A DNA stretch of 64,000 nucleotides from an uncultured Veillonellaceae bacterium (GTDB lineage Bacteria; Bacillota; Negativicutes; JARBTT01). The stretch lies in NCBI GenBank assembly GCA_963805085.1, contig CAWDTA010000005.1, positions 771,464-835,463 of the forward strand, read 5' to 3'. The number at the start of each line of letters is the position of its first letter. Within the stretch, counting starts at the first letter, position 1. The position numbers were made by a program, and so were the translations under genes. The notes below the pieces were generated by a model. It saw only the letters and a list, made by a program, of their open reading frames with translations. It had not been told where the DNA came from and did no database searches. Of the stretch, positions 1 to 10,387 are shown piece by piece.

Positions 1-1
1 A

Positions 2-943
2 GATATTCGTGGCTTTGAACGTAAGGTAAGTCTAGAAAATCTAAAGACCCTATTCAAATCTGCACAAAGTATTTGGGAATCTTGTAAGATTATTAAGGAT
101 TTTAAACCAGATGTGGTGATTGGTACAGGTGGCTACGTTTGTGGCCCCGTTTTACTAGCTGCTAGTTTAATGAGAATTCCAACGATAATCCAAGAACAAA
201 ATGTAATCCCAGGCATTACAAATAAAATCTTAGCAAAGTTTGTCGATAAAATCGCTGTTGGTTATCAAGAGGCTGGAAAATATTTTTCTGTGGATAAAGT
301 TGTTTTTACTGGTAATCCGATCAGAGAAGAAGTAATGACTGCCAAAAAAGAAAGCGGTATTGCTGAATTTGGTCTTGATCCGGGTAAAAAAACGATTTTA
401 ATATCAGGTGGTAGTCGCGGGGCAAGAAGTATCAATCAGGCCATGGTTGGAGTACATAGGCATTTTGTTAAAAATAGTAGTATACAACTATTGCATGTTA
501 CTGGTAAAAATGAGTATAATGACATAGTTACAAAGCTAAAAAATGAAAGTATAGATGTAGAAGCTATTGGAAATATTATGATTAAACCATATTTATATGA
601 TATGCCAAAAGCACTAGCAATCGCTGATTTAGCAATATTCAGAGCTGGAGCAGTCGGTCTTGCTGAACTAACAGCCAGAGGGATTCCATCTATTTTAGTT
701 CCATACCCATATGCTGCAGAAAACCATCAGGAACATAATGCGATGGTAATGGAGCAAAAAGGGGCGGCGCTTGTCATTCGTGATCGTGAGTTATCAGCGC
801 AGCGATTGATTGAAATGATTGATGGATTACTAGGGTCTGATACGAAATTAGATACTATGGCAAAAGCAAGTTTAACGTTAGGAAAACCGAAAGCCGCGAC
901 AGAAATTGCGGAGCTTGCAATAGAGATTGCAAAAAACTGTTAA
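2..943 (+). CDS. murG: Undecaprenyl-PP-MurNAc-pentapeptide GlcNAc transferase (5' end outside window)
   Basis: Frame open from base 2 (DIRGFERK...KPDVVIGTGGYV); motifs EQNVIPG, GGSRGA, RAGA, HQEHNA; first gene of dcw run. Confidence 0.96.
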   Translation, partial: DIRGFERKVSLENLKTLFKSAQSIWESCKIIKDFKPDVVIGTGGYVCGPVLLAASLMRIPTIIQEQNVIPGITNKILAKFVDKIAVGYQEAGKYFSVDKVVFTGNPIREEVMTAKKESGIAEFGLDPGKKTILISGGSRGARSINQAMVGVHRHFVKNSSIQLLHVTGKNEYNDIVTKLKNESIDVEAIGNIMIKPYLYDMPKALAIADLAIFRAGAVGLAELTARGIPSILVPYPYAAENHQEHNAMVMEQKGAALVIRDRELSAQRLIEMIDGLLGSDTKLDTMAKASLTLGKPKAATEIAELAIEIAKNC

Positions 944-1028
944 TGTTGTAACAGGTTGCATATTTTATGCATAAAATACAATACATATTGAGGTAGGTTT
1001 GTTGATGCGCGAAAGGGGAGAAACGTCG

Positions 1029-2405
1029 TTGCTAAATGGTATTAATAAAATTCATTTTGTCGGCATAGGTGGAGCTGGCATGAGCGCAATTGCGAAAATT
1101 TTAGTGGAAAAAGGTTTTCAAGTTTCAGGCTCAGACTTACATGATTCTGAGATTGTATCAAAACTAAAAGCCTTAGGAGCTACCATCTTTTATGGACAAA
1201 AAAAGGAAAATATTACGGGTGTAGATGCAATTGTTGTTTCTACGGCAATTTCAGAAGAAAATCCTGAAGTGATTGCAGCAAAAGAAAATAATATAAAAAT
1301 ATTTCATCGTTCTGATATTGTGGCTACTTTGATGAATAAAGAAAAAGGAATTGCCGTTGCTGGTGCGCACGGTAAAACTACGACGACTTCGATGATTGGG
1401 GTTATGCTTGATCATGCAGGGGTAGAACCTAGCATTATCATTGGTGGTGAAGTGGATTACTTAGGCAGTAATGCCAAACTTGGGAATGGTGAATATCTAG
1501 TTGCCGAAGCCGATGAAAGTGATGGCTCCTTTTTGAAGCTATTACCTGAGTTTGCTATTGTAACAAATATTGAAAATGATCACATGGATTTTTATGGTAC
1601 AATGGAGAATATTTTAAAAACGTTCGAAAAATTTTTAAATAACTTACCTAAAGAAGATGGTTTAGCAATACTTTGTTTTAATAACTCATATATTAAAAAT
1701 ATTGCAAAAACGCTAGATCGTAAGTATGTTTCGTATGCAATTGATGGTGAAGCCGACTATGTTGCTAAAAACATTACGACGAATGGTGCAGAAACCTCGT
1801 TTGAAGTATATCATCGTGGACAAAATTTAGGGATGATTTCCTTGAATATTCCTGGTAAGCATAATGTATTAAATGCAATGGCAGCGATTGTTCTTGGTCA
1901 TAAAATAGGGCTTTCTTTTACAGCTATGGCGGCAGCACTTCGTCAATTTAATGGTGCAAAGCGCCGCTTTCAGACGAAGGGTCGAATAGCAGATGTGTGG
2001 GTAGTTGATGACTATGCGCATCATCCAACAGAACTTAGTACGACACTTGCGGCAGCAAGGCAGACGAAACCAAAGCGTTTAATTTGTGTATTTCAACCAC
2101 ATCGTTATTCGAGGACAAAATTATTACTCAAAGAATTTGGTGTTTGTTTCGATGAAGCAGATGTCCTTATTCTAACCGATATTTATTCTGCCGGTGAATC
2201 GCCAATCGAAGGTGTTTCTGGAGAGACGATAAAGGTAGAAGTAGAAAATCATATGCATAAAGAAATTGTTTATATTGCAGATCGAAAGGATATCGCGCCA
2301 TATCTTAGTGAGGTTGTCCAAGCAGGCGACCTTGTTATGACGATGGGGGCTGGTGATATTTATTTGACGGGTGAAGAACTCGTTGCTTTATTAAACAAAA
2401 AATAA
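1029..2405 (+). CDS. murC: UDP-N-acetylmuramate-L-alanine ligase
   Basis: HFVGIGGAGMS, GAHGKTTTT, EADESDGSF, DDYAHHPTE, FQPHRYSRT; TTG start after AGGGGAG (ORF track starts at 999). Confidence 0.97.
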   Translation: MLNGINKIHFVGIGGAGMSAIAKILVEKGFQVSGSDLHDSEIVSKLKALGATIFYGQKKENITGVDAIVVSTAISEENPEVIAAKENNIKIFHRSDIVATLMNKEKGIAVAGAHGKTTTTSMIGVMLDHAGVEPSIIIGGEVDYLGSNAKLGNGEYLVAEADESDGSFLKLLPEFAIVTNIENDHMDFYGTMENILKTFEKFLNNLPKEDGLAILCFNNSYIKNIAKTLDRKYVSYAIDGEADYVAKNITTNGAETSFEVYHRGQNLGMISLNIPGKHNVLNAMAAIVLGHKIGLSFTAMAAALRQFNGAKRRFQTKGRIADVWVVDDYAHHPTELSTTLAAARQTKPKRLICVFQPHRYSRTKLLLKEFGVCFDEADVLILTDIYSAGESPIEGVSGETIKVEVENHMHKEIVYIADRKDIAPYLSEVVQAGDLVMTMGAGDIYLTGEELVALLNKK

Positions 2406-2447
2406 GTGTGAGTATTGGGTGATTGTACTTTTCTAGGAGGTTAGGCG

Positions 2448-3698
2448 ATGGATAAGTTTATCGTCACAGGGGAAGTGCAACTAAAAGGTAATGTCAGGAT
2501 TAGCGGGGCAAAAAATGCTGCTTTACCAATTATGGCGGCTGCAACATTGTGCTCAGGAACCAGTGTTATTCACGATGTACCTGATTTGAGTGACATTAGA
2601 AATATGATCGCGATTTTAGAGCATCTAGGTGCGAAGGTTTCACGTGAAGGAAAAGATCTGATCATTGACAGTAGTGAATTAAACAAAGTTTTCATTCCAG
2701 AGTTTTTAATGAGGGAAATGCGAGCCTCTATTTTTTTAATGGGAGCCCTCGTCGGTAGGTTTAAAGAAGTGCGTCTTTCTTATCCTGGCGGTTGTACCAT
2801 TGGGCCAAGACCAATCGATCTACATATTAAAGCATTAGAAAAATTAGGGGCAAATGTAAAAGAGAAGCATGGAGTGATCATAGCAGAAGCCAAAAAATTA
2901 TCTGGAGCTGAAATCGTCTTAGATTTTCCAAGTGTTGGTGCAACTGAGAATGCCATGATGTCCGCGGTTCTCGCAAACGGTATAACGACAATTCGTAATG
3001 TAGCCCGTGAACCTGAAATTATAGATTTAGAAACGTTTTTAAATAAAATGGGAGCAAAAATTTACGGTGCTGGAACAGATACCATTTTCATTAATGGTGT
3101 ACAAAATTTGCATGCTACGGAGCATACCGTTATGCCAGATAGAATCGAAGCAGGGACTTTTATCCTGGCTGGGGCAATGTCGCATGGTGACGTTACCATT
3201 ACTAATATTTCGTCAAATTATTTATTTTCATTGCTTGATAAATTGTCTGGTATTGGGGCTGTCCTTACATTTGGTAATGATTTTATTCGTGTAAAAGCAA
3301 ACCAATTGCATAATACGGACATTAAAACACTTCCATTTCCAGGTTTTCCTACAGATTTACAAGCACCCATGCTTTCGCTATTAACGATGGCGAAGGGAAC
3401 AAGTATTGTGACGGAAACGATTTTTGAAAATCGTTTTCAACACGTAGACCAATTGATTAGAATGGGCGCAAAAATTCGGGTGGAAGGTCGTAGTGCAATT
3501 GTGCGTGGTGTTAATAAATTAACAGGAACAATTGTGGAGGCCCTTGATTTAAGAGCAGGGGCATCGCTGGTATTAGCGGCTTTAGCAGCCGAAGGAACCT
3601 CTATTATTAAGCAGGTCAATCATATTGATCGTGGATATGAAATGATAGAACAAAAATTGCAAAGCTTAGGTGCATATATTATTCGTGATATGGAATAG
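2448..3698 (+). CDS. murA: UDP-N-acetylglucosamine 1-carboxyvinyltransferase
   Basis: SGAKNAALP, PGGCTIGPRPIDLH (catalytic Cys), PGFPTDLQ, DLRAGA, HIDRGYE. Confidence 0.96.
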   Translation: MDKFIVTGEVQLKGNVRISGAKNAALPIMAAATLCSGTSVIHDVPDLSDIRNMIAILEHLGAKVSREGKDLIIDSSELNKVFIPEFLMREMRASIFLMGALVGRFKEVRLSYPGGCTIGPRPIDLHIKALEKLGANVKEKHGVIIAEAKKLSGAEIVLDFPSVGATENAMMSAVLANGITTIRNVAREPEIIDLETFLNKMGAKIYGAGTDTIFINGVQNLHATEHTVMPDRIEAGTFILAGAMSHGDVTITNISSNYLFSLLDKLSGIGAVLTFGNDFIRVKANQLHNTDIKTLPFPGFPTDLQAPMLSLLTMAKGTSIVTETIFENRFQHVDQLIRMGAKIRVEGRSAIVRGVNKLTGTIVEALDLRAGASLVLAALAAEGTSIIKQVNHIDRGYEMIEQKLQSLGAYIIRDME

Positions 3699-3712
3699 GG
3701 GAGGAAATATTG

Positions 3713-4642
3713 ATGAAGGATAAAAAAATTGTAGTACTAATGGGAGGGCCTTCAGCAGAACGTGAAGTTTCCTTAAATACAGGAAATGCAATCCTTGGAG
3801 CATTAGTAGAAAAAGGATATAATGCGGTTGGGATTGAGCTTGATCCGCCTAAACTATTTGAACAGTTAAAAGCCAGTGGTTGTGATGTGATATTTAACGC
3901 AATTCATGGTCAATTCGGTGAAGATGGGAAATTGCAAGGAGCCTTAGAATTACTGGGCATTCCGTATACTGGGTCTGGTGTGCTTGCCAGTGCAATGGCG
4001 ATGGATAAAGCGGCATCGAAACACTTATTTGTTGCTAATGCTATTTCGACACCAAAATCTAGAGTTTATACAAAAGTGGATTTGAAACGTGATTTAGTAA
4101 AAGAAATTATGGTTGAGTTCACGATTCCAGTAGTCGTAAAATCAGCGGCACAAGGGTCAAGCATCGGTGTTACGATTGTAGAAAAGCAGGAAGATCTACC
4201 AGAGGCGATAAAAAATGCATTTGAATATAGTCCAAATATATTAGTAGAAGAGTTTATTAAGGGGCGGGAATTAACTGTTGCGGTTTGGGGCAATGAATGC
4301 AAAAAGGCACTACCGATCATCGAGATTATTCCCCATTCTGGTAAATATGATTACAAATCAAAATATACAAAAGGCGCAACAGAGTATATAGTCCCAGCTG
4401 AATTAGACGAGGCTACTGCACAAAAGGTGCAAGCAGTTTCTTTGCGTGCGTTTGATGTGCTAGGTTGCACTGGGATTGCCCGTGTGGATATCATGCTAGG
4501 TGAAGATGGTGCTCCTTATGTTTTAGAAGTCAACTCTGTACCTGGGATGACAGCTACAAGTTTGGTGCCAAAAGCGGCAAAAGCAGCGGGAATTAGTTTT
4601 ACTGATTTATGTGAAAAATTGTTGTTAATGGCAAAAGCGTAG
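3713..4642 (+). CDS. ddl: D-alanine-D-alanine ligase
   Basis: GGPSAEREVS, HGQFGEDG, QGSSIG, YDYKSKY, LEVNSVPGMT. Confidence 0.96.
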   Translation: MKDKKIVVLMGGPSAEREVSLNTGNAILGALVEKGYNAVGIELDPPKLFEQLKASGCDVIFNAIHGQFGEDGKLQGALELLGIPYTGSGVLASAMAMDKAASKHLFVANAISTPKSRVYTKVDLKRDLVKEIMVEFTIPVVVKSAAQGSSIGVTIVEKQEDLPEAIKNAFEYSPNILVEEFIKGRELTVAVWGNECKKALPIIEIIPHSGKYDYKSKYTKGATEYIVPAELDEATAQKVQAVSLRAFDVLGCTGIARVDIMLGEDGAPYVLEVNSVPGMTATSLVPKAAKAAGISFTDLCEKLLLMAKA

Positions 4643-4660
4643 TATGTTTTTGCTAGATTA

Positions 4661-4694
4661 TTAGACAGCATTTCGGTGCTGTCTAAATTTTTTT
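4661..4694 (+). terminator. Intrinsic terminator after ddl
   Basis: TTAGACAGCA-tttcgg-TGCTGTCTAA perfect stem followed by T tract. Confidence 0.85.
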
Positions 4695-4714
4695 ATTAAC
4701 ACACAATTAACCAT

Positions 4715-4742
4715 TTGATATTATGATCAGCTGGTGTATAAT
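4715..4742 (+). promoter_or_regulatory. Putative sigma-A promoter of divIB
   Basis: TTGATA-N16-TATAAT. Confidence 0.55.
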
Positions 4743-4784
4743 AAATAATGTTTTTAATCTTTAAAGAGAAATCGAGGTGATAAA

Positions 4785-5546
4785 ATGAAAGTGGCTGATC
4801 AGACTGATTCAATAGATGGTAATTCAGCGAAAAAGTCGAAATCAAAGCAATTATTCTTAAGTTTATTATTTATATTTATATTATTAGTGACGAGTTTTTC
4901 TTTTATTACATCACCTGCTTTTTCAGTAGGTAATATAAAAATTGATGGCAATAAATATTTAACTGCGGAAGAAATTTACCAAATTGCGGGAGTGCCGGAA
5001 AAAATTAATATTTTTCGTTTAAATACAAAAGAAATTCAAACGCGTTTACTTAAGGATTTACGTATTTCAGAAGCAAATGTATTGCGTGACTTTCCCAGTA
5101 CAATTAAAATTAACATAGTTGAGCGCAAACCGATTGCTTATGTTGCGTGCGATTATGGATTTGTTGAGGTAGATAAGACGGGATTGATTTTAGCTGCATA
5201 CAAAAGTGTTAAAAATATTGATGTCCCGATGATCACAGGAGTTACATTACATAACTTGTATGTTGGTGATAAAGTTGAAAATATGATTATCGTAAATGTA
5301 TTGGAATATCTTTCGTATTTAGATGAATCTTCTATTAATCAGATGTCGGAAGTAAATGCGACAGTAGCAGATCAGCTGATTGCTTATACAAATAGTTCTG
5401 TACAGATCAAAATCGGGAATAATGAACGGTTGGCAGATAAAGCAAAATTGACGCAAGAATTTTTAGGTGAATTGAAAAAGACCAAGTTACCAATTGAGTA
5501 CATCGATTTAAACTTTGCGTCACCGTTTATTAAATTCAAAAAGTAG
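4785..5546 (+). CDS. divIB: Cell division protein FtsQ/DivIB
   Basis: N-terminal TM helix, POTRA-like segment (GNKYL...FPSTIKINIVER), C-terminal YIDL; dcw context. Confidence 0.88.
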   Translation: MKVADQTDSIDGNSAKKSKSKQLFLSLLFIFILLVTSFSFITSPAFSVGNIKIDGNKYLTAEEIYQIAGVPEKINIFRLNTKEIQTRLLKDLRISEANVLRDFPSTIKINIVERKPIAYVACDYGFVEVDKTGLILAAYKSVKNIDVPMITGVTLHNLYVGDKVENMIIVNVLEYLSYLDESSINQMSEVNATVADQLIAYTNSSVQIKIGNNERLADKAKLTQEFLGELKKTKLPIEYIDLNFASPFIKFKK

Positions 5547-5566
5547 GTTTTAAGGAGGCTCTTAAC

Positions 5567-6256
5567 ATGCTGCCAATTAAACAAGGCCAGGCGGCAATTG
5601 CACTTGTATGTATTGTGTTAGGTTTTATGCTTGCAGTGCAATTTCGGACAACACAGGATATTAAATCAACAGTACCTTTTCAAAGAATCGAAGATATATC
5701 ACAACGATTAGCGCAGACAGAAAAAGAACGAGATTCATTATTGGAAGAGGTGCAATCTCTTAGAAAAAGTTCCAATAAAGAGGTATTATCTAAAGAAATC
5801 GAAAATGTAAAAATGGGTGCAGGAGTTACTCCTCTTAAGGGGCCAGGGATTGTTGTTACGATTGATGATAGTAAGAGACAATCAAAAACTGGGGAAAATC
5901 CAAATTTATATTTGATTCATGATGATGATATTTTAAAAGTAATCAATGAACTTTGGGCGGCTAGCGCAGAAGCAGTTTCGATCAATGAGCAGCGTTTAAT
6001 TGCAAGTTCAGAAATTCGGTGTGCTGGGCCTACCTTATCAGTAAATAATACTAGGTATTCACCACCATATGAAATAACAGCAATTGGTGATCCTAAAAAT
6101 TTGGAAAATGCATTAAAGATGCGTGGCGGGGTAGTTGAAACATTACAATTTTGGGGGATTCAAGTAAGTATCAAAAAATTAGATGAAGTAAATGTACCTG
6201 GATATAAAGGCACATTTCGATTTGAATATGCGCATCCTGTGAAGGAGGGCGAATAA
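5567..6256 (+). CDS. DUF881 family protein (YlxW/YlxX-like)
   Basis: TM plus coiled coil, GPGIVVTIDD, IHDDDILKVINELWAASAEAVSINEQR, PPYEITAIG. Confidence 0.88.
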   Translation: MLPIKQGQAAIALVCIVLGFMLAVQFRTTQDIKSTVPFQRIEDISQRLAQTEKERDSLLEEVQSLRKSSNKEVLSKEIENVKMGAGVTPLKGPGIVVTIDDSKRQSKTGENPNLYLIHDDDILKVINELWAASAEAVSINEQRLIASSEIRCAGPTLSVNNTRYSPPYEITAIGDPKNLENALKMRGGVVETLQFWGIQVSIKKLDEVNVPGYKGTFRFEYAHPVKEGE

Positions 6257-6258
6257 GT

Positions 6259-6588
6259 ATGTTATTACCTATTGTAGGTCTTATTGTAGGTCTGATTATT
6301 GGTAGTTTATGTCCAATCAGTATTCCACAAGAATATGCAAAATTATTCTCGGTTGCGTTATTAGCTGCACTCGATACCGTATTTGGTGGGCTTAGAGCGA
6401 ATGCTGAAGAAAAATTTGATAATACTGTTTTCATTACAGGTTTTTTTACGAATGCATTACTTGCAGCGGTACTTGTATACATTGGCGATCGATTAGGCAT
6501 TGATTTATATTATGTAGCGATGCTTGCCTTTGGTCTTCGTATCTTCCAAAACTTAGCGATCATTAGACGTTATTTCTTAAAAAAATAA
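6259..6588 (+). CDS. sbp: Small basic membrane protein Sbp (DUF1290)
   Basis: LAALDTVFGGLRA, FGLRIFQNLAIIRR; located between DUF881 and ftsA as in Bacillus. Confidence 0.88.
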   Translation: MLLPIVGLIVGLIIGSLCPISIPQEYAKLFSVALLAALDTVFGGLRANAEEKFDNTVFITGFFTNALLAAVLVYIGDRLGIDLYYVAMLAFGLRIFQNLAIIRRYFLKK

Positions 6589-6596
6589 ATTTTTGT

Positions 6597-6632
6597 AAAA
6601 CTCAGATAGAGAAAATACTTTATCTGAGTTTT
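6597..6632 (+). terminator. Hairpin/terminator after sbp
   Basis: AAAACTCAGATA...TATCTGAGTTTT inverted repeat. Confidence 0.7.
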
Positions 6633-6762
6633 GCTAAATTCTTGATAGGAAATTTATTTTTTTTATAAAAATTTTTATAAAAGTTTTTATAAAAAAAGGA
6701 AATTTACAAAATTTATTGAAATCTTTATTGTACAGCGTATGTATAATTTTTGTGAGGTTATT

Positions 6763-7962
6763 ATGGATACACAACGAGTTTTAGTGGTTGATGTCGGTAC
6801 CTTTCAAATAAAAGTGTATTGGGCTGACGTAAGAAAAGGACAAATTAATATTGATAGTGAAGGGATAGTTCCTTCCGTAGGCTTCAAAAAAAGTGAAATT
6901 CAAGATGTTAAGGCACTAGGGAATGCAATCAGTCAAGCAATTAGTTGTACAAATGTAGCGGAAAATGGTAAAATAGATAGTGTTATTGTCGGAATTAGTG
7001 GTATGCAAATAACGTCACATTTTGCCTTGGGAAGTGTTACTTTACCAAGTAGTCATGTTTGCAAAAAAGACGTTGAGCATGTGAATAATTCGGCAGCTTT
7101 CATGGTAACGTCGGAGGATGTAAAAGTATTACATATTATTCCGAAAAATTATCGCTTGGATGGCTGTATTTGCGCTAACATTCCTTTGGGAAAAAGTGGA
7201 ACAATATTAGAATGTGAATGTTCACTAATTACGGTATCAAAAACGATATTGGCTCAGCTAGTGGAAGCATTGAACATTGCGAAAATAAAAGTCGATTATT
7301 TTGTTGCGAGTATTTTTAGTATTCATGAAATGATATCGCAATATTTAGATCAAAAATCATATTTGCTTGTCGATATTGGTGCTGGCAATACGGATGTTAT
7401 CCTATATGAAGACAATCAGTTCGTTAAGTTGTATTCGTTGCCAATCGGTGGCGAATATATCTCTCATGACATTATGAAGGGGATTGATCTTGATTTTCAA
7501 CATGCTGAAAAATTAAAACGTTATTTTAGTAAGTTAGATGCCAATTTAAAAGGGAAAAATATAATTTTAGACTGTAGTGATGAAAATATTGAAGATAAGA
7601 ATGTACAATATGACTTCTTATATGATATTATTGACAGCAGGGTCAATGAAATAATCGATATTGTTTATGACACAGTAAGTTTAGAACTCATTGATCGTGA
7701 TATTCATAATATTTACTTTACAGGTGGCTGCTCCTTACTTTATAATTTTAGTCATAGTTTACAACGCAAGTTTGCTATGAATGTCAATCCGCTTGTAATA
7801 GAAGAGTTAGCTCCTGAATATTTAGATCCGAAAGATATTACAGGATATGGTTTGCTTTATTATGCAGGAAAAAACTTGATAGGCGAAGAAGTTATAGAAT
7901 TAGACGAAAAAACAGCATATCAATCAATTTTTAGTAAATTAAAGAAAATATTGAAGTTATAA
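6763..7962 (+). CDS. ftsA: Cell division protein FtsA (divergent)
   Basis: VDVGT, LVDIGAGNTD, PIGGEYISHDI, AEKLK, FTGGCS actin-fold motifs; immediately upstream of ftsZ; ATG after GAGG. Confidence 0.88.
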   Translation: MDTQRVLVVDVGTFQIKVYWADVRKGQINIDSEGIVPSVGFKKSEIQDVKALGNAISQAISCTNVAENGKIDSVIVGISGMQITSHFALGSVTLPSSHVCKKDVEHVNNSAAFMVTSEDVKVLHIIPKNYRLDGCICANIPLGKSGTILECECSLITVSKTILAQLVEALNIAKIKVDYFVASIFSIHEMISQYLDQKSYLLVDIGAGNTDVILYEDNQFVKLYSLPIGGEYISHDIMKGIDLDFQHAEKLKRYFSKLDANLKGKNIILDCSDENIEDKNVQYDFLYDIIDSRVNEIIDIVYDTVSLELIDRDIHNIYFTGGCSLLYNFSHSLQRKFAMNVNPLVIEELAPEYLDPKDITGYGLLYYAGKNLIGEEVIELDEKTAYQSIFSKLKKILKL

Positions 7963-7989
7963 TATTTGATTTTGTGGGGGGAACATAGA

Positions 7990-9072
7990 GTGCTTGAATT
8001 AGACATGGATCTTGACCAATTTGCAAAAATAAAAGTTATCGGTGTCGGTGGCGGTGGTAATAATGCCGTAAATAGAATGATTTCTTCTGGTTTACAAGGT
8101 GTTGAATTTATCTCTGTAAATACGGATGCACAAGCTTTAATTCATGCTATGGCGCCAAAACGTATTCAAATTGGTGAAAAGTTAACAAGAGGTCTGGGAG
8201 CTGGTGCTAGACCTGAAATTGGCGAACAAGCAGCCCAAGAAAGTCGTGAAGAGATTCTAGAAGCATTAAAAGGTGCTGATATGGTATTTGTCACTGCTGG
8301 AATGGGTGGCGGAACTGGTACTGGAGCGGCTCCAGTGGTTGCTGAATGTGCAAGAGAAATTGGTGCATTAACAGTTGGAGTTGTAACGAGACCATTCTCA
8401 TTTGAAGGACGCAAGCGGCAAAAACAAGCAGCAGATGGTACTGCAAGGTTAAAAGAAAAAGTAGATACATTAATTACGATTCCGAATGATCGTTTATTAC
8501 AAGTTGTTGATAAGAAGACCTCTATGATGGATGCATTTCGCATTGCAGACGATGTACTTCGACAAGGGGTACAAGGTATTTCAGATTTAATTGCAGTACC
8601 TGGTCTTATTAACCTAGATTTTGCCGATGTAAAATCAATTATGAGTGATACGGGCTCGGCTCTTATGGGAATTGGTATTGGTACTGGAGATAATGCTGCA
8701 GTCGCTGCAGCAGAAGCAGCAATCAATAGCCCACTTCTGGAAACCTCTATTCAAGGTGCAAGAGGCGTTCTTCTTAATATTACAGGTGGATCTAATTTAA
8801 GCTTATTTGAAGTGAATGAAGCATCACAAATTATCGCTGAGGCTGCGGATGAAGAAGCGAATATTATCTTTGGCTCGGTTATTGATGAAAGTTTAAATGA
8901 TGAAGTTCACGTTACGGTTATTGCTACTGGTTTTGATGATCGTCCAGCAAAAAATGCTGCGGCAACTGAAACTGCTATACCTGCTGTGCCAGCCGCAGAA
9001 GAACCTACGAAACTCGGTGTGTTTAAAATGCCAGATTTAGATATTCCAACTTGGATGCGTAAAAATAACTAA
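7990..9072 (+). CDS. ftsZ: Cell division protein FtsZ
   Basis: [17 protein letters not shown] tubulin signature, NLDFADV, C-terminal DIPTWMR; GTG start. Confidence 0.98.
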   Translation: MLELDMDLDQFAKIKVIGVGGGGNNAVNRMISSGLQGVEFISVNTDAQALIHAMAPKRIQIGEKLTRGLGAGARPEIGEQAAQESREEILEALKGADMVFVTAGMGGGTGTGAAPVVAECAREIGALTVGVVTRPFSFEGRKRQKQAADGTARLKEKVDTLITIPNDRLLQVVDKKTSMMDAFRIADDVLRQGVQGISDLIAVPGLINLDFADVKSIMSDTGSALMGIGIGTGDNAAVAAAEAAINSPLLETSIQGARGVLLNITGGSNLSLFEVNEASQIIAEAADEEANIIFGSVIDESLNDEVHVTVIATGFDDRPAKNAAATETAIPAVPAAEEPTKLGVFKMPDLDIPTWMRKNN

Positions 9073-9075
9073 GTA

Positions 9076-9119
9076 ATAAAGCTGACCGTTTATTATTTTA
9101 TGAACGGTCAGCTTTATTT
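9076..9119 (+). terminator. Terminator after ftsZ
   Basis: ATAAAGCTGACCGTT...AACGGTCAGCTTTAT. Confidence 0.85.
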
Positions 9120-9301
9120 AAATATATTGTTAAAAAACTGAATTATGCTTATAATAACAATAAATAGTTTTATTTAATTTATTGGGTCCTAGTTTCCGTA
9201 GCTGTGATTCTATGATGACGAAATTAAGGCGATGGCTTATTATTTTTAATGATTATGATAATTTATGTTGCATAGTTGCCGAATTAAAGGTATAGTAAGA
9301 T

Positions 9302-10372
9302 TTGTTATTTTATTCTGGAGGCATAGTTATGCGTCGTTATACACCTTTGTTTTTGATTAGTTTTATTTTATTGGTACTTGTTTTAGCAGGAAATATTTAT
9401 TTAGCGGGATACGCTGATAATAAAACCAGTAATAATCAAAAAAGTATTACTGTATATACCACTCTGCCTGTGGAGCATATTGCAATTTTGGCAGAAGCTT
9501 ATGAAAACACACACAATGTTAAACTTAACTTTGTACCAGTGACTGAGAAAGAGTTAATAGAAAAAGTCACTGCTGATGCAAACAATCCGATAAATTCTGC
9601 AGATGCAATTTTAACAAATAAAGAATTACTTGTGCAAATTGCACAAACGAAGGTTCTTTCCAATTATTCGTCAGAGTACACTGATATTGTTTCAAAACAG
9701 TTTAAAGATGAACATGGGGCTTGGGTTGGCGTTTGGTATGATCCAATTGTTCTTTGTGCTAACAAAGATTATTTGAAAACATTACCAAAGCTTCCGACAA
9801 GTTGGAATGAAATTGCAAAGATGAATGGTGTTCGAATTGGGATTACAGATTTTTTAGCCGCTGATGCATCGGCTAACTTGTTGTATACATTAGTAGCCGA
9901 ATATGATGAAGAAAGAGCCTTTGCATTGTTAGGGCAATTGCAGCCCAAAATTGTGCAATATGCGAAATTTTTAGCAACACCAGTACGTATGGCAGGTATG
10001 GGGGAAGTTGATATTGCAGTTGCAGTACAAAGTGAAACGATTCGTTATATCAACGATAGTTTTCCGATTAGTATTATCTATCCTTCAGAAGGCACTTCGT
10101 ATATGTTAACAGGGGTAGGCATACTAAAGGCAACAAAAAATAGAATTGAAGTAGAGCAATTTGTAAATTGGTTAGTTCAAGATGATGTACAACTTTGTTT
10201 ACAGAAAAATAAATTTTTCTTTGTACCAACAAATCAAGAAACAATTGCTTATAAAGTTTTTACTGGTAAAAACTTAAAACTTTTTGAAAATTATTCTGAT
10301 TTAAATGCAGAGCAAAAGCATGCTGTCCTTGATAGATGGGTAAAAAATGTTCGGTTAAAAGAGAAAAATTAA
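9302..10372 (+). CDS. ABC transporter substrate-binding protein (Fe3+/thiamine/polyamine-like family)
   Basis: Signal/TM segment, TVYTT, PTSWNEI, IIYPSEGT; no permease gene adjacent; real start may be ATG 9329. Confidence 0.7.
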   Translation: MLFYSGGIVMRRYTPLFLISFILLVLVLAGNIYLAGYADNKTSNNQKSITVYTTLPVEHIAILAEAYENTHNVKLNFVPVTEKELIEKVTADANNPINSADAILTNKELLVQIAQTKVLSNYSSEYTDIVSKQFKDEHGAWVGVWYDPIVLCANKDYLKTLPKLPTSWNEIAKMNGVRIGITDFLAADASANLLYTLVAEYDEERAFALLGQLQPKIVQYAKFLATPVRMAGMGEVDIAVAVQSETIRYINDSFPISIIYPSEGTSYMLTGVGILKATKNRIEVEQFVNWLVQDDVQLCLQKNKFFFVPTNQETIAYKVFTGKNLKLFENYSDLNAEQKHAVLDRWVKNVRLKEKN

Positions 10373-10387
10373 GTATGGAGGTAAACA

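Noticed and set aside
9180-9300. Possible riboswitch upstream of the ABC binding protein
   Set aside because: Only an imperfect hairpin; no TPP, cobalamin, SAM or T-box consensus recognised
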